The position numbers and the translations under genes are program-made. A stretch of DNA of 64,000 bases from Piromyces finnis finn (lineage: Eukaryota; Fungi; Neocallimastigomycota): positions 186,001-250,000 of the forward strand of contig MCFH01000061.1 of NCBI GenBank assembly GCA_002104945.1, given 5' to 3'. Below are positions 27,703 through 41,159 of the stretch, one piece after another (the stretch's first letter is position 1; every line of letters begins with the position of its first letter). The notes under the pieces were generated by a model that saw only the letters and a list, made by a program, of their open reading frames with translations, searched no databases and had not been told where the DNA came from.

Positions 27703-30700
27703 ATGGACTACCCCGAACGTAATGAAATAAATATTGCTCAAAATATTAATGAAAAAAATAATGGAGTACAAGATCCCCAAACTTCCAAGCTTATCACAGC
27801 TATTACTGATTTCATTCCTGCTTTTTTTTCCCCTAATGGCATCCTTTCTAAAGAGAATGAAACAAAAAATCCAACAAATATACTTGAAACTTTAATTCAA
27901 AGTGAAGAATTTTTTAAGGAACATCCAGAATCCTTTAGAAATGAAGAATCAAGAACCTCTTTTGTAATCAATAAATTGTCTGGAAATGCAAGAAAATGGG
28001 GACTCTCCCTCTTAATAGATGGAACTATTAAGAAAATAAGCTATGATCAATTTAAGAATCTTCTACTGGATAATTTCGATGTTGGAAGTGAAAGGAAGCA
28101 GAAATATGTGATAATGGAAAAGCTGTGGAAACTTAAGCAACTCCAGTTAGGTAGTGTTGTTGAATACACTATCGAATTTCGAAGGTTGGCTGGACGTCTA
28201 GGATGGCCTGATGAAGTACTAATTGATATAATTGGAAAAGGTCTTGATAATCGTGTTCGTGACGAATTTGATAAGTTAAAAAAACCCAATTCATTATTTG
28301 ATGCAACTAACATAATTATAGGATTAGATAAGAAATGTTATTTAGAAAATTGTCTAAGGGAAAAGAACAGAAATTCTAGAGATAGCAAATCCTATTTTAA
28401 AAGGAGAAAAGAACTAAACAAAATAGAAAAACACTCAAAGCACTTTCATCAAAGGAAAAATAAATTCAAAAATGACATACTCTCTGCAAATTATACTCCG
28501 AATGGGAAGACATCCATTACTACATCATTTTACCTATTTGTAAATGGAAAAAACGTAAAGGTAAATTTACTAATAGATTCAGGTTCTGCAAGAAGTTTTA
28601 TATGTAAGAACTTTGCTAACAATACCAAAATTCAAATTTCTGGACTCTCCTCTCCCATAAACATTCAACTTCCAAACGGAAAGAGTATGACAATAAAGCA
28701 AACTACCAAACCTCTGAAGTTGAAGATAATGGACCATTCAGAGACTTTTGAGTTTTGCATTGCTGACCTCTCTCTTCAAGGTATTAATGGAATTCTCGGA
28801 AGGGATTGGTTATCCTTACACAACCCCTTCATCAATTATAAAACCAATAAAATTTACTTCATCGGTAGTTTCTGTGGGTCTCACTGTCCCTCCTCAAAAA
28901 AGAACAAAATTTTTAGACAATATGATAATATTACTGCTTCCATGGTAGAAGATAAGGAAGCAAATAAGAAAAATAATCTTGATTCTATTATTCCTGATAT
29001 GATCTCTGAGGATGATCTTCTTGATACAGACTTTTGCGCAGCTATGCCTATTGGTGAAGAAACAAATAACAATGATCAGACTAAGTATGTGATAATTAGC
29101 CAGTATTACTCTGACCTTAAATCAGTTTTTGAAAAGAAAGAAGCCGAGAAACTACCACCTCACCGGGAATATGATATTTCTATAGACCTTATCCCTGGTG
29201 GTCAATTATATTTTGGACCAATATACTCCCTCACTGTACCCGAAATGAACACGTTAAAGGAGTATATTAAAGATAATTTAAAAAAGAACTTCATTAGAAA
29301 ATCCAAATCGCCTGCTGGAGCCCCAGTTCTCTTTGTTAAGAAACACGATGGAACCCTTAGATTGTGTGTTGATTACAGACGTCTGAATGCCATCACCATT
29401 CGTAATAGCTACCCGATCCCAAGAATCAATGATCTAATTGAATCTTTTAAAGGCGCTAATATTTATACCCGCTTAGACCTCAGATCTGCATACAATTTGG
29501 TAAGGGTTAAAGAAGGTCACGAATATCTCACTGCTTTCAGGACACCGTTAGGGCATTTCGAATATCTGGTGATGCCTTTTGGATTAAGAAATGCTCCATC
29601 TGTATTTCAACGTTTTGTCCAAGATACCCTTAACAACACCATAGGATCCTTTGTGCAAGTATATCTTGATGATATCATCATCTACTCTTGTTCCCTCCAA
29701 GAGCATATAAATCACGTTCGGATAGTTCTTAAATTACTCCTGGATAATGGATTATACGTTAAGTTGGAGAAATGTGACTTTCATGTTTCTGAAACTACAT
29801 TCTTAGGTTTTACTGTTTCTACTAAGGGTTTGTCTATGGATAAGAATAAGGTTAAGCCAGTATTAGACTGGCCGATACCAAAAAATATTAAGGAATTACA
29901 AAGCTTTCTTGGTCTTTGTAATTTCTACAGAAAATTCATCAAAGATTTCGCTTCTTACATGGAACCTTTGCGTAAATTGCTAAAAAAGGGTAATGAATTT
30001 ATTTGGGATGACTGTGCTGAAAACTCTTTTAATAAATTAAAGGACGCATTTAGAGTCGGAGAAATATTAATCTTTCCTGATCCGGAAAAAGAGTATATTG
30101 TCGAAACCGACGCAAGCGATTTTGCTGTTGGTTGTGTTCTCTCCCAAATCAGCGATCTTGATAATTTATTACATCCAGTTGCCTTCCACTCCAGATCACT
30201 TAACAATGCCGAAACTAATTATACTATATACGATAAAGAACTTTTGGCAATTATAACTGCTTTCGATACCTGGAGACACCATCTGGAAGGTGCTAAGTAC
30301 CCCGTTCAGATAATTACAGATCACAAAAATCTGTTATATCTTAAGAAGCCTCAGCATCTAAACCAAAGGCAGATACGCTGGAGCCTTTTTCTTTCTAAAT
30401 TTGATTTTAGAATTGCATTCAGGCCAGGTTCAAAAAGTGGGAAACCCGACGCGTTATCAAGACGACCAGACTATAAAAAAAAACACTAATATGAAACCTG
30501 TAACGATATTTAATAATAATGATGTATTTTGTTGCTCAATGAATGATAATATTGACAACCTTATCAGTGCTCAAAAAGGCGACAAATTTTGTCGAAATAC
30601 TTTAAATAAAATTAAATCGAGCTCCGGAAACATTAATAGTTCATTATTTAGTCTTATTGATGGTGTTTTACATTTCCAAAAACGCATCATCGTTCCATCT

Positions 30701-31789
30701 TCGCTCAAGGTAAGATTACTTAAATCCTTCCATGATGCTCCAACTAGTGGCCATCAGGGGGTAGATAGGACTTTTGAAAAACTCAAAAGATCCTACTGGT
30801 GGCCTAATATGAAGAAAGATATCTCAAATTATGTTCTTTCGTGTGATGTCTGCAGTAGAGGTAAGATTCGTAGACATAAGCCTTATGGTAAATTATTACC
30901 TCTTCCTATTCCTACAAAACCCTGGGAAGTTATTGGCGTTGATTTTATTGTCTCTTTGCCTCCATCTAAAGATTGTACATGCATCATGGTTGCTGCTGAT
31001 CATCTAACAAAGATGGTTCATCTAGTGCCTTATGCAGACGTCCCCTCTGCTGACCTCACTGCTAAACTCCTATTGTCCCAAGTGTTCAGATATCATGGAT
31101 TTCCTAAAGTAATAGTTTCTGACCATGGCTCTCAATTTTCATCTCAATTTTGGACTTCTTTATGCTCCGCTATTCATGCTAAACCAAGTCTTGCTACCGC
31201 TTTCCATCAACAATCCAATGGACAAATTGAGAGAGCGAATGCTGTCATCGAACAGTATCTTAGATGTTATTGTTCTTCATCCCAAAATGAATGGTGCTAC
31301 TATCTCCCTCTCTGTGAAATGGCATATAACAACTCTATTAATAGATCAATTAATCAAACACCATTTCACGCTAATTATGGATTCCATCCCAATTGCACTA
31401 TTGATTCCCCTCCGATTCTCCTAAAGGATAATGCTTCTGTACTAACAAGAAATTGGGCCTCTCATTTTGACGCACTTCGACAACACCTTATAAAAGCTAA
31501 AGAGGATTTCAAAAAATTTGGTGATAGAAAAAAATCCGTTGGACCCTCTTTACAAATTAATGATTTAGTAATGTTGAGAAGACATTATTTTTCTAACGAA
31601 CCTTCTAAGAAACTTTCCACTCAATATCTTGGACCATTTCGTATTTTGGAGAAGAGGGAAAGAATGAACTACCGCTTGGAATTACCAGAAAACTTACACC
31701 TACATCCGGTATTTCATATATCCCAATTAGAGCCATATATAAATAGTAACGACGATTTGAAGGAACCAGATATAAAAGGGGCAATGTAA
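27703..31789 (+). pseudogene. gag-pol: Single Gag-Pol ORF of A, with a one-base frameshift in the A9 run at 30475-30483
   Basis: LIDSGS protease, YLDD RT, ETDAS RNase H, H-H-C-C and SDHG integrase, GPF tail; close paralog of the B polyprotein; no chromodomain. The lesion could be a homopolymer sequencing error. Confidence 0.88.
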
Positions 31790-31838
31790 GAAATAATAAT
31801 TATTTCAATCTAAATAATTAATATTTCTTATTAGTTTA

Positions 31839-32248
31839 ATAATTTATTTATTTATTTAGTTAAATAATATTTTATACACTTAATTTATTTATTTAATTTA
31901 TTTAGTTAAATAATATTTTATACACTTAATTTATTTATTTAATTTATTTAGTTAAATAATATTTTATACACTTAATTTATTTATTTAATTTATTTAGTTA
32001 AATAATATTTTATACACTTAATTTATTTATTTAATTTATTTAGTTAAATAATATTTTATGCACTTAATTTATTTATTTAATTTATTTAGTTAAATAATAT
32101 TTTATGCACTTAATTTATTTATTTAATTTATTTAGTTAAATAATATTTTATACACTTAATTTATTTATTTAATTTATTTAGTTAAATAATATTTTATGCA
32201 CTTAATTTATTTATTTAATTTATTTAGTTAAATAATATTTTATACATT
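31839..32248. repeat. 46-bp tandem repeat in U3 of the A 3' LTR (about 9 units)
   Basis: Same unit as 26464-26735, with three more copies. Confidence 0.9.
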
Positions 32249-32823
32249 TGATTTTTAAATAATATTTATATATAAGAATCCTGTAATTTAATTGTGTATT
32301 ACTAATTAATTTACATATTATATCTAAACACGGATTTACTTTAGGAAATCAGTATTTTAAGGTTTTCCCGATTATTATAATTGGTTTTACTTAAAATTTA
32401 CACGATGACTAATATGATTAGAATATTGGTCGAAAACTTGTTTAGGTTTTTCTTCTAGTCTTTTCCTAAACATTTAATTTGTTAAGATTAGAACCCATTT
32501 ATTTAACCTTAATTTCTAATAAAAATATAAATAAGACACTCTTGAAATTCTTTAGAAATTCAAGAGTTATTATTATAAGAAAAATTAATTATAATAAATA
32601 ACAAATAATTCTATTTTAATAAAAAACATATTATTAAAACATAATTTTAATACATCTCACTCTTATCCTCCTTCCCATTTGTGTTTTTGTTGTTTATTAT
32701 AAATCCTTATAATAAACTCGCTAAGTTCTAATCTTAATTCTATATTTAATTTTTTATTATTTTTTTCTTTCTGTATACATATAATTTAATATTAAATTTT
32801 AATATTGAGTTATCAATAAGTAA

Positions 32824-33952
32824 TGTAAAAGTTTTACTAAACTTATAATTTAATATTAAAATATTAAATTAAATAAAAGGTTAAAAGATAACTAGGTTAG
32901 AAAAAAAAAATGTTTTATTAAAATAATCTTAATTGATTTATAAATGAATAATTAAATTATATATTATGGTTAAAATAATTTCTTTTATTTTATTTAATAA
33001 TATATTGCTAAAATATAATAATAAGATTATTTAGTAGTAATACTCATTAAGTATTAATTATTATTAATAGTTAATAATTTCTAGTTAATAATCTATAGTT
33101 AATAATTTATAGTTAATAATTTAATAATTTATGGTTAATAATTTTTGGTTAATAATCTTTACAAAGATTTTAATTTCATAAACTATTCTAAACTATTTAT
33201 ACTATTTGTAATTTTACATTTAATAATAAAATAACTTTTCAATACATGATTATACTCATAATATATTTTATAATACTTAAACTAAACTTAAGACTTATTC
33301 CTAATTATTAAAAAATAACTATTGTTTATAATATTCATAATATTAATTATTTCTTAATTATAATATAATTCATTGAATATAATATTAATAATTATAATCC
33401 TCTAGTTCAAAGATTATAAATTATGTTATTGAAATAATTATTATAAAATAAAGTTAATTAGTTCCGGAAAATAATTTTAATTTAATTAAACAATAATTTT
33501 TATACTTTGAGTGAATGATTTATGTTTGATATATCAGGGGTGATCATTCTCTGAATAAACAATTAATCATTGCTAACAAAATATCTTTAAATTGGAATAT
33601 CTCGTGAACCAGCAGAGATATTGACCTGATTTTAAGATATGTTGTTTGTCTCGAGCGTGGCTTTCTAACGAACGCAATTATAACCAAAACATTTTTATTC
33701 AAAAATCGTCATTCGTTGAGGAGATACGCGTGTTTTTCCTTATTCCATTTTAACGATAAGGGTTAAAGTTATTTATTATAAAAATTATTAAGGGTTAAGG
33801 TCATATTTTAACCTTTTCTAAATTTTTAAATATTTCTTAATAAAATTTTATAATTTATTTGAAAATAAAATATTTGTTGATTTTGAAATTTCATAAGTGA
33901 TTTCACAATTCCAAGTGATCTTGAAATTGTATTTTCACTAGTATTCGTGACA
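32824..33952. mobile_element. Solo LTR J2 with TSD AGTAA, inside the A 3' LTR
   Basis: AGTAA at 32819-32823 and 33953-33957; near-identical to J1. Confidence 0.92.
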
Positions 33953-33992
33953 AGTAATTATATTGTACTATTTATTATATACATTACAATAT

Positions 33993-34782
33993 TGTAAAAT
34001 ATTGTATTAATAGAATAATGTATTTAATACGTATTTAAAATAATGTATAATGCATTAAATTAATGTACCGTAAATTTTATTTTTTAATTACAAAAATTTA
34101 TATCACAATACATTAACATAAATTTATGTAAAATATAATTTTATGATAAGATAAAGTTTTTGATGATAACATAAAATTTTAAATTAAATAAATTTTAACC
34201 AATAAATATTTTAGATAATAAAAAATTTTTTTTATAAACTAAGCCTCAAAATTAGAAATAAATAAATTGAATATATGTTTGAAATATAATCAACCATATA
34301 GTAAATAAATCAAAACTTTATCTTAAGTTTAGAAAATTCTTTAGTAAATAAATTGAATTTAAATAGTTTAATACAAATAATTTCTTTTAGTAAATGTATA
34401 AATGTAAACAATGTAAAATTATAATATTAAAACATGTATATTAGAATTTATTCAATTTATTTAAAAAGTATAAATAAAGAAAATTTTTCAACTATTGAAA
34501 CGATAGTTGGAAAATCGTATAGTTAGTGGTATAGGTTAATTTAGTTTAGATAAATTAACATTAGTTAATAATTAGTTTAGCTTTAATTAATAATTGATTA
34601 CCTAGTGAGGGCTCTGGTAAAATAACCTTCACGGTAAAGTAATCAACGGTTGTTTTAGTTTTAGTTTAGTTTAGTTTAATATAATTTAATAAATAAATAA
34701 AGTTTAATAATAAATAAATTTATAACTAGTGTTAGTTTGATTTAGTGTATACAAACCTGAACTTAGAATAGAATATTTTACA
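33993..34782. mobile_element. Solo LTR K with TSD AATAT, inside the A 3' LTR
   Basis: Perfect 11-bp terminal inverted repeat TGTAAAATATT/AATATTTTACA; AATAT at 33988-33992 and 34783-34787; A LTR resumes afterwards. Confidence 0.9.
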
Positions 34783-34801
34783 AATATAATTACTACACGA
34801 A

Positions 34802-37800
34802 TGTAGTAATTTCTTATTATTGTTTACAGAAATTACTATCTACAATAATATTAACGAATAATATTGTAGTATTATTATGCGGAAATAAGAAGTATTGAAC
34901 AAATTAGAATAGAAAATAGAAAGTAAAAATAAAACTTATCGAGTTTATTATAAAGATTTATAATAAACAACCAAACACAAAGAGTCAAATGGGTCGTAAG
35001 TTTTTTTATTTAAATTACTGATTTATTAGAAGGATATTTTATTTAATTAAGAAGAAAAATGTATTTATGTTATTTATTATAACGTATTCCTTTATAATAA
35101 TAACTCTTGAATTTCTAAGGAATTTCAAGAGTGTTTTATTTATAATTTTATTAAAAAATAAGGTTAAATAAACGGGTTCTAATCTTAACAAATAAAATGT
35201 TTAGGAAAAGACTAGAAGAAAAACCTAAACATGATTTTCGATCAATATTCTAGTCATATTGATCTTCGTGTAATTTTAAGTAAAACCGAATGCTTCTTTA
35301 AAGCGAAATCGGGAAAACCTTAAAATTCCGATTCCTATTTTATCCGTGCTTAATACAATACATAAAATATAATTAATACATAATTTAAAACAATAAGTGT
35401 AATGAATATAGTTAGTCAAAATTAAATGTATAAGATAAATAATAAGTAAGTAAATTATTTATATTAATTAAATGTACATAAAAATTAATAATTAAATAAA
35501 TTTATAAAGTTAATTAAATATATAAGAATATAGCAAGTAAATAAATTTTATATTTTATATAAGTGTATATAAAATTAATATTTTAAGTAAATCATAAGTA
35601 TTAACTAAATGAATGAAATATTAAATAATTTAATAAATTATTAGTAATAGTTGAATGTATAGAAAATAATAATTTAAATAAATTTGTATTAAATAATAAG
35701 AAATAATAATTATTCAATTATGAATAATTAATATTTCTTACATTGCTCCTTTTTACTCTTGTTCTTTCAAATCTTCCCTTCTTTTTGTATATGGCTCTAG
35801 CTGTGATATATGGAATACTGGATGGAGATGTAGACTATCAGGAAGTTCCAGCCTGTAATTCATTCTCTCCCTTTTTTCTAAAATACGAAAAGGTCCTAAG
35901 TATTGTGATGAAAGTTTTTTGGAAGGTTCATTAGAAAAATAGTATCTTTTCAGCATAACTAAATCATTAACTTGAAGTGAAGGACCTGAGGATTTTTTAG
36001 AATCGCCAAATTTCTTGAAATCTTCCTTAGCTTTAATGAGATGGAGACGAAGTGCATCAAAATGTGCAGCCCAATTCCTTGTTAGAACTGAGGCGTTGTC
36101 CTTAAGAAGTATAGGAGGAGAGTCAATAAAGAAGTTAGGGTGAAAACCGTAATTGGCATGAAAGGGTGTTTGCTTAATTGACCTGTGAATAGAATTGTTG
36201 TATGCAATCTCGCATAATGGAAGATAATAACACCATTCATTTTGAGAAGAGGAACAATAACACCTAAGATATTGTTCGATAACAGCATTTGCTCTTTCAA
36301 CTTGCCCATTTGATTGTTGGTGATGGGCAGTAGCTAGACTAGGTTTAGCATGTAACGCCGAGCATAAAGAGGTCCAAAATTGGGAGGAAAATTGTGAGCC
36401 ATGGTCGGATACTATTATTTTAGGGAATCCATGAAATTTAAAAACTTGGAATAACAAGAGCTTGGCAGTAAGATCGGCAGAGGGGACGTCAGCACAAGGA
36501 ACCAAATGAACCATTTTTGTTAAATGGTCTGAGGCAACCATGATACAAGTGCAATCTTGAGACGGAGGCAAAGAGACTATGAAGTCAATACCGATTACTT
36601 CCCAGGGTTTTGTAGGAGTAGGAAGTGGCAATAGTTTGCCATAAGGTTTATGCCTCCGTATTTTACTTTTACTACAGATGTCGCACGAAAGCACATAATT
36701 AGTTATGTCCTTTTTCATATTCGGCCACCAGTAAAATCTTTTAAGTTTTTCAAAGGTTCTATCTACACCCTGATGGCCACTTGTTGGAGCATCATGGAAG
36801 GACTTAAGAAGTCTAACCTTGAGTGAGGATGGAACAATGATGCGTTTTTGGAAATGTAAAACACCATCGACGAGGCTGAACAAAGAACTTTTAAACCCGT
36901 CAGAGTTTGATTTGACTTTAGCCAAAGTTTCCCTACAAAATTTATCAGACTTCTGCGCTTTAATGATATTATCCAAATTATCTGTCATAGAACAGCAGAA
37001 AACATTATCTTTTAAAATGGCTTCGGGTTCAGATGGCAAATGGAGTTTATAGTCCGGGCGTCTAGACAAAGCATCTGGTTTTCCACTTTTAGCGCCTGGT
37101 CTGTAAGCAATCCTAAAGTCAAATTTTGATAGAAAAAGACTCCATCGGATTTGTCTTTGATTTAGGTGTTGGGGCTTTTTAAGGTATAACAGATTTTTGT
37201 GATCCGTTATAACTTGAACAGGAAACTTGGATCCTTCTAGGTGGTGTCTCCAGATGTCAAAAGCAGTTATTATTGCGAGAAGTTCTTTATCATATATTGT
37301 ATAATTAACTTCTGCTTTATTTAAAGATCTGGAGTGAAAAGCAACTGGATGTAATTGGTTATCCATGTCACTGACCTGGGATAAGACACAGCCAACAGCG
37401 AAGTCACTTGCGTCTGTTTCCACAGTGAATACCTTCTCTGGGTCAGGAAAGATCAATATTTCACCGACTCTAAAAGCTTCTTTTAATTTGTTGAAAGCAT
37501 CTTCGGCGGCTTTATCCCATATGAAGTCGTTGTCTTTCTTTAGGAGTTTCCGGAGAGGTTCCATGTTAGAGGCGAAGTCCTTGATGAACTTCCTATAAAA
37601 GTTGCAGAGTCCTAGGAAACTTTGTAGTTCCTTAACATTTTTTGGCGTGGGCCACTCTATAATAGATTTAACTTTATTTTTGTCCATAGCAAGTCCATTA
37701 GTGGAAATTGTAAAGCCTAAGAACGTAGTTTCCGTGACATGAAAGTCACACTTCTCTAATTTAACATATAACCCATTTTTTAGAAGTAAATCAAGAACCA

Positions 37801-39958
37801 GTCGGACATGATTTATATGTTCTTCCAAGGAGCGTGAGTAGATGATAATATCATCTAGGTATACTTGGGCGAACAGACCTATGGTGTCATTTAGTACATC
37901 TTGAACAAAGCGTTGGAATACGGATGGTGCATTTCGGAGACCAAAAGGCATAACCAAGTATTCGAAATGACCTAATGGTGTCCGGAATGCAGTGAGGTAT
38001 TCGTGACCTTCCTTGACTCGTACTAAGTTGTATGCTGATCTAAGGTCAAGTCTTGTAAATATTCTTGCATTCTTGAAGGCTTCTATTAAGTCGTTGATTC
38101 TAGGAATAGGGTAACTATTACGGATTGTAATAGCATTCAGTCGACGGTAATCCACACAAAGTCGGAGAGATCCATCATGTTTCTTCACAAAAAGTACCGG
38201 GGCTCCAGCAGGAGACTTGGATTTTCTTATGAATTTCTTCTCCAAATTTTCTTGAATGTATTCTTTTAAAGTGGTTAATTCTTTAACAGTCAAAGAGTAA
38301 ATGGGTCCGAAATATAGTTGCCCACCTGGAATGAGATCTATTGATATGTCGTATTCGCGGTGAGGAGGTAATTTTTCCGCCTCCTTCTTTTCAAATACAA
38401 GATGAAATTTAGAATAAAATTTACTGATTATATTCATGTTATTCATATTATTTCCCGAGCGGTTTTCTTCCTCTTCTTGGACCATTACTGCGCACACTTC
38501 TGTATCGAAAAGTTCATCCTCTGATATCATACCTGGAATGATAGAATCCATCGATTTCTTCCCGTCTTGTAATGGTTTATCTATCATTGAAGCAGTTATG
38601 TTTTGATTTAGGAATTTATTCCTTGTAGAGGAAGGACAGTGAGAGCCACAAAACTTTCCAATAAAGAAGATCTTATTGAGGTGGTAATTTATATAAGGGT
38701 TATGTAATGCTAACCAATCCCTTCCAAGGATTCCATTTATTCCTTGAAGAGACAGATTAGCTATGCAGAATTCGAAAACTTCAGAATGGTCCATAATCTT
38801 CAGTTTGAGTGGTTTACATGTTTGTTTAATGGTCATCCCCTTTCCATTTGGGAGTTGTATATTGATGGGGGAAGCAAGGCCTGTAGTTGGTAGCTTGTGT
38901 GCATTGGCAAAGCTTTTGCAGATAAAACTTCTAGCTGATCCAGAGTCTATTAGGAGATTTACTTTTACATTTCTTCCATTAACTGATAGATAAAATGTTG
39001 TGGTAATCGATGGTTTTCCATCTGGAGTATAGTTAGCTGAAAGAATATTGTTTTTAAATCTATCTTTTCGGAGAAAGTGTTTCCCTTGGTTCTCATTTTT
39101 TGCTAATTCGTGTCTTCGCCTTCTGAAAGATTTCTTGTTCTTATTATTATCTCTATCCTTTCCTCGTAACTGGCTTTCCAGAAGGCACTTCTTGTCCAGG
39201 CTGATGATGATATTCGTAGCTTCAAAGAGAGTCTTAGGTTTCTCTAACTTATCGAACTCCTCTCTTACATTGTTTACTAAGCCCTTTCCTATAATATCAA
39301 TCAGAACTTCGTCGGGCCATCCTAGACGTCCAGCCAATCTGCGAAATTCGATAGTATATTCCACAGCACCACCAAGATGAGATTGCTTGAGTTTCCACAG
39401 CTTGTCCATAATCATATACTTTTGCTTTCTTTCAGTTCCCACGTCAAAATTTTCTAGTAAAAGATCTTTGAATTGTTGGAAATTGAGTTTTTTTAGAATG
39501 CCATCAGCTAAAAGTGAAAGACCCCACTTTCTAGCATTACCGCTGAGCTTATTTATTATAAATGAATTTTTTGATTCATCATTTTTGAAGGATTCTGGGT
39601 GTTCTTTGAAGAAAGTTTCCCCTTGTATTATTGCTTCTAAGATGTTAATAGGGTTTTTTGTTTCGTTTTCTTTGAGCAAAATTCCGTTTGGTGAGAAAAA
39701 AGCAGGAATAAAGTCAGTGATAGCTGTTATTAATTTTGAAGCAGTTTGATTATTTGGACTCTCATCTTTGTAAGAACTTGCTGTGGTACCGTTGATACTA
39801 TCCAACTTACAATGATCCATATTATTTAGTTTATATATACAATATATATGAAAAAGAAAAAAAAAAAAAAATTAGTCTTAATTATGTATGTCAATAATAT
39901 TTAATAGTAAAAAAAAAAATTATAAATGACTTTTTTCCTTTGTTAAACTGTTTAATTA

Positions 39959-40012
<54 letters not shown>

Positions 40013-40024
40013 AAAAAACTTTTG

Positions 40025-40056
<32 letters not shown>

Positions 40057-41135
40057 ATAAAATTTTTTTTTTTTTTGATTGGTAAATTTTTTTTTTTTTT
40101 TTTTTATATATATATTGTTTTGTAATATGTTTAATGTATCAATGTATTAATATTATTGTTGTCCAATTAAACAAAATACGAGAAGAGTTATTATTGTAGT
40201 AATTTCTTATTATTGTTTACAGAAATTACTATCTACAATAATATTAACGAATAATATTGTAGTATTATTATGCGGAAATAAGAAGTATTGAACAAATTAG
40301 AATAGAAAATAGAAAGTAAAAATAAAACTTATCGAGTTTATTATAAAGATTTATAATAAACAACCAAACACAAAGAGTCAAATGGGTCGTAAGTTTTTTT
40401 ATTTAAATTACTGATTTATTAGAAGGATATTTTATTTAATTAAAAAGAAAAATGTATTTATGTTATTTATTATAACGTATTCCTTTATAATAATAACTCT
40501 TGAATTTCTAAGGAATTTCAAGAGTGTTTTATTTATAATTTTATTAAAAAATAAGGTTAAATAAACGGGTTCTAATCTTAACAAATAAAATGTTTAGGAA
40601 AAGACTAGAAGAAAAACCTAAACATGATTTTCGATCAATATTCTAGTCATATTGATCTTCGTGTAATTTTAAGTAAAACCGAATGCTTCTTTAAAGCGAA
40701 ATCGGGAAAACCTTAAAATTCCGATTCCTATTTTATCCGTGCTTAATACAATACATAAAATATAATTAATACATAATTTAAAACAATAAGTGTAATGAAT
40801 ATAGTTAGTCAAAATTAAATGTATAAGATAAATAATAAGTAAGTAAATTATTTATATTAATTAAATGTACATAAAAATTAATAATTAAATAAATTTATAA
40901 AGTTAATTAAATATATAAGAATATAGCAAGTAAATAAATTTTATATTTTATATAAGTGTATATAAAATTAATATTTTAAGTAAATCATAAGTATTAACTA
41001 AATGAATGAAATATTAAATAATTTAATAAATTATTAGTAATAGTTGAATGTATAGAAAATAATAATTTAAATAAATTTGTATTAAATAATAAGAAATAAT
41101 AATTATTCAATTATGAATAATTAATATTTCTTACA
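34802..41135 (-). mobile_element. Element B: intact Tf1-like Ty3/gypsy element with TSD ACGAA (LTRs 40195-41135 and 34802-35742)
   Basis: 941 bp near-identical LTRs; ACGAA at 34797-34801 and 41136-41140; PPT on minus at 35743-35753. Confidence 0.95.
35753..39820 (-). CDS. gag-pol: Gag-Pol polyprotein of B (Gag-PR-RT-RH-IN), intact
   Basis: 1355 aa uninterrupted; LIDSGS, YLDD, ETDAS, HDAPTSGH...CDIC, SDHG; no chromodomain. Confidence 0.95.
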   Translation of the reverse strand: MDHCKLDSINGTTASSYKDESPNNQTASKLITAITDFIPAFFSPNGILLKENETKNPINILEAIIQGETFFKEHPESFKNDESKNSFIINKLSGNARKWGLSLLADGILKKLNFQQFKDLLLENFDVGTERKQKYMIMDKLWKLKQSHLGGAVEYTIEFRRLAGRLGWPDEVLIDIIGKGLVNNVREEFDKLEKPKTLFEATNIIISLDKKCLLESQLRGKDRDNNKNKKSFRRRRHELAKNENQGKHFLRKDRFKNNILSANYTPDGKPSITTTFYLSVNGRNVKVNLLIDSGSARSFICKSFANAHKLPTTGLASPINIQLPNGKGMTIKQTCKPLKLKIMDHSEVFEFCIANLSLQGINGILGRDWLALHNPYINYHLNKIFFIGKFCGSHCPSSTRNKFLNQNITASMIDKPLQDGKKSMDSIIPGMISEDELFDTEVCAVMVQEEEENRSGNNMNNMNIISKFYSKFHLVFEKKEAEKLPPHREYDISIDLIPGGQLYFGPIYSLTVKELTTLKEYIQENLEKKFIRKSKSPAGAPVLFVKKHDGSLRLCVDYRRLNAITIRNSYPIPRINDLIEAFKNARIFTRLDLRSAYNLVRVKEGHEYLTAFRTPLGHFEYLVMPFGLRNAPSVFQRFVQDVLNDTIGLFAQVYLDDIIIYSRSLEEHINHVRLVLDLLLKNGLYVKLEKCDFHVTETTFLGFTISTNGLAMDKNKVKSIIEWPTPKNVKELQSFLGLCNFYRKFIKDFASNMEPLRKLLKKDNDFIWDKAAEDAFNKLKEAFRVGEILIFPDPEKVFTVETDASDFAVGCVLSQVSDMDNQLHPVAFHSRSLNKAEVNYTIYDKELLAIITAFDIWRHHLEGSKFPVQVITDHKNLLYLKKPQHLNQRQIRWSLFLSKFDFRIAYRPGAKSGKPDALSRRPDYKLHLPSEPEAILKDNVFCCSMTDNLDNIIKAQKSDKFCRETLAKVKSNSDGFKSSLFSLVDGVLHFQKRIIVPSSLKVRLLKSFHDAPTSGHQGVDRTFEKLKRFYWWPNMKKDITNYVLSCDICSKSKIRRHKPYGKLLPLPTPTKPWEVIGIDFIVSLPPSQDCTCIMVASDHLTKMVHLVPCADVPSADLTAKLLLFQVFKFHGFPKIIVSDHGSQFSSQFWTSLCSALHAKPSLATAHHQQSNGQVERANAVIEQYLRCYCSSSQNEWCYYLPLCEIAYNNSIHRSIKQTPFHANYGFHPNFFIDSPPILLKDNASVLTRNWAAHFDALRLHLIKAKEDFKKFGDSKKSSGPSLQVNDLVMLKRYYFSNEPSKKLSSQYLGPFRILEKRERMNYRLELPDSLHLHPVFHISQLEPYTKRREDLKEQE

Positions 41136-41159
41136 ACGAATCTATTAGAAATTTAATAT

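Larger units (their letters stand above)
26410..34797 (+). mobile_element. Element A: Tf1-like Ty3/gypsy element with TSD CGAAT. 5' LTR 26410-27355; 3' LTR 31785-34797, interrupted by J2 and K
   Basis: TGTAAGAA...TTACTACA; CGAAT at 26405-26409 and 34798-34802; PPT AAAAGGGGCAA at 31774-31784. Confidence 0.93.

Noticed and set aside
30475-30483. Programmed frameshift at the A9 run in A
   Set aside because: The needed shift is +1, and close relative B is continuous here; a homopolymer indel is simpler.
26464-32248. 46-bp repeats as a CRISPR array
   Set aside because: Head-to-tail units with no unique spacers, inside LTRs, with no cas genes; eukaryotic context.
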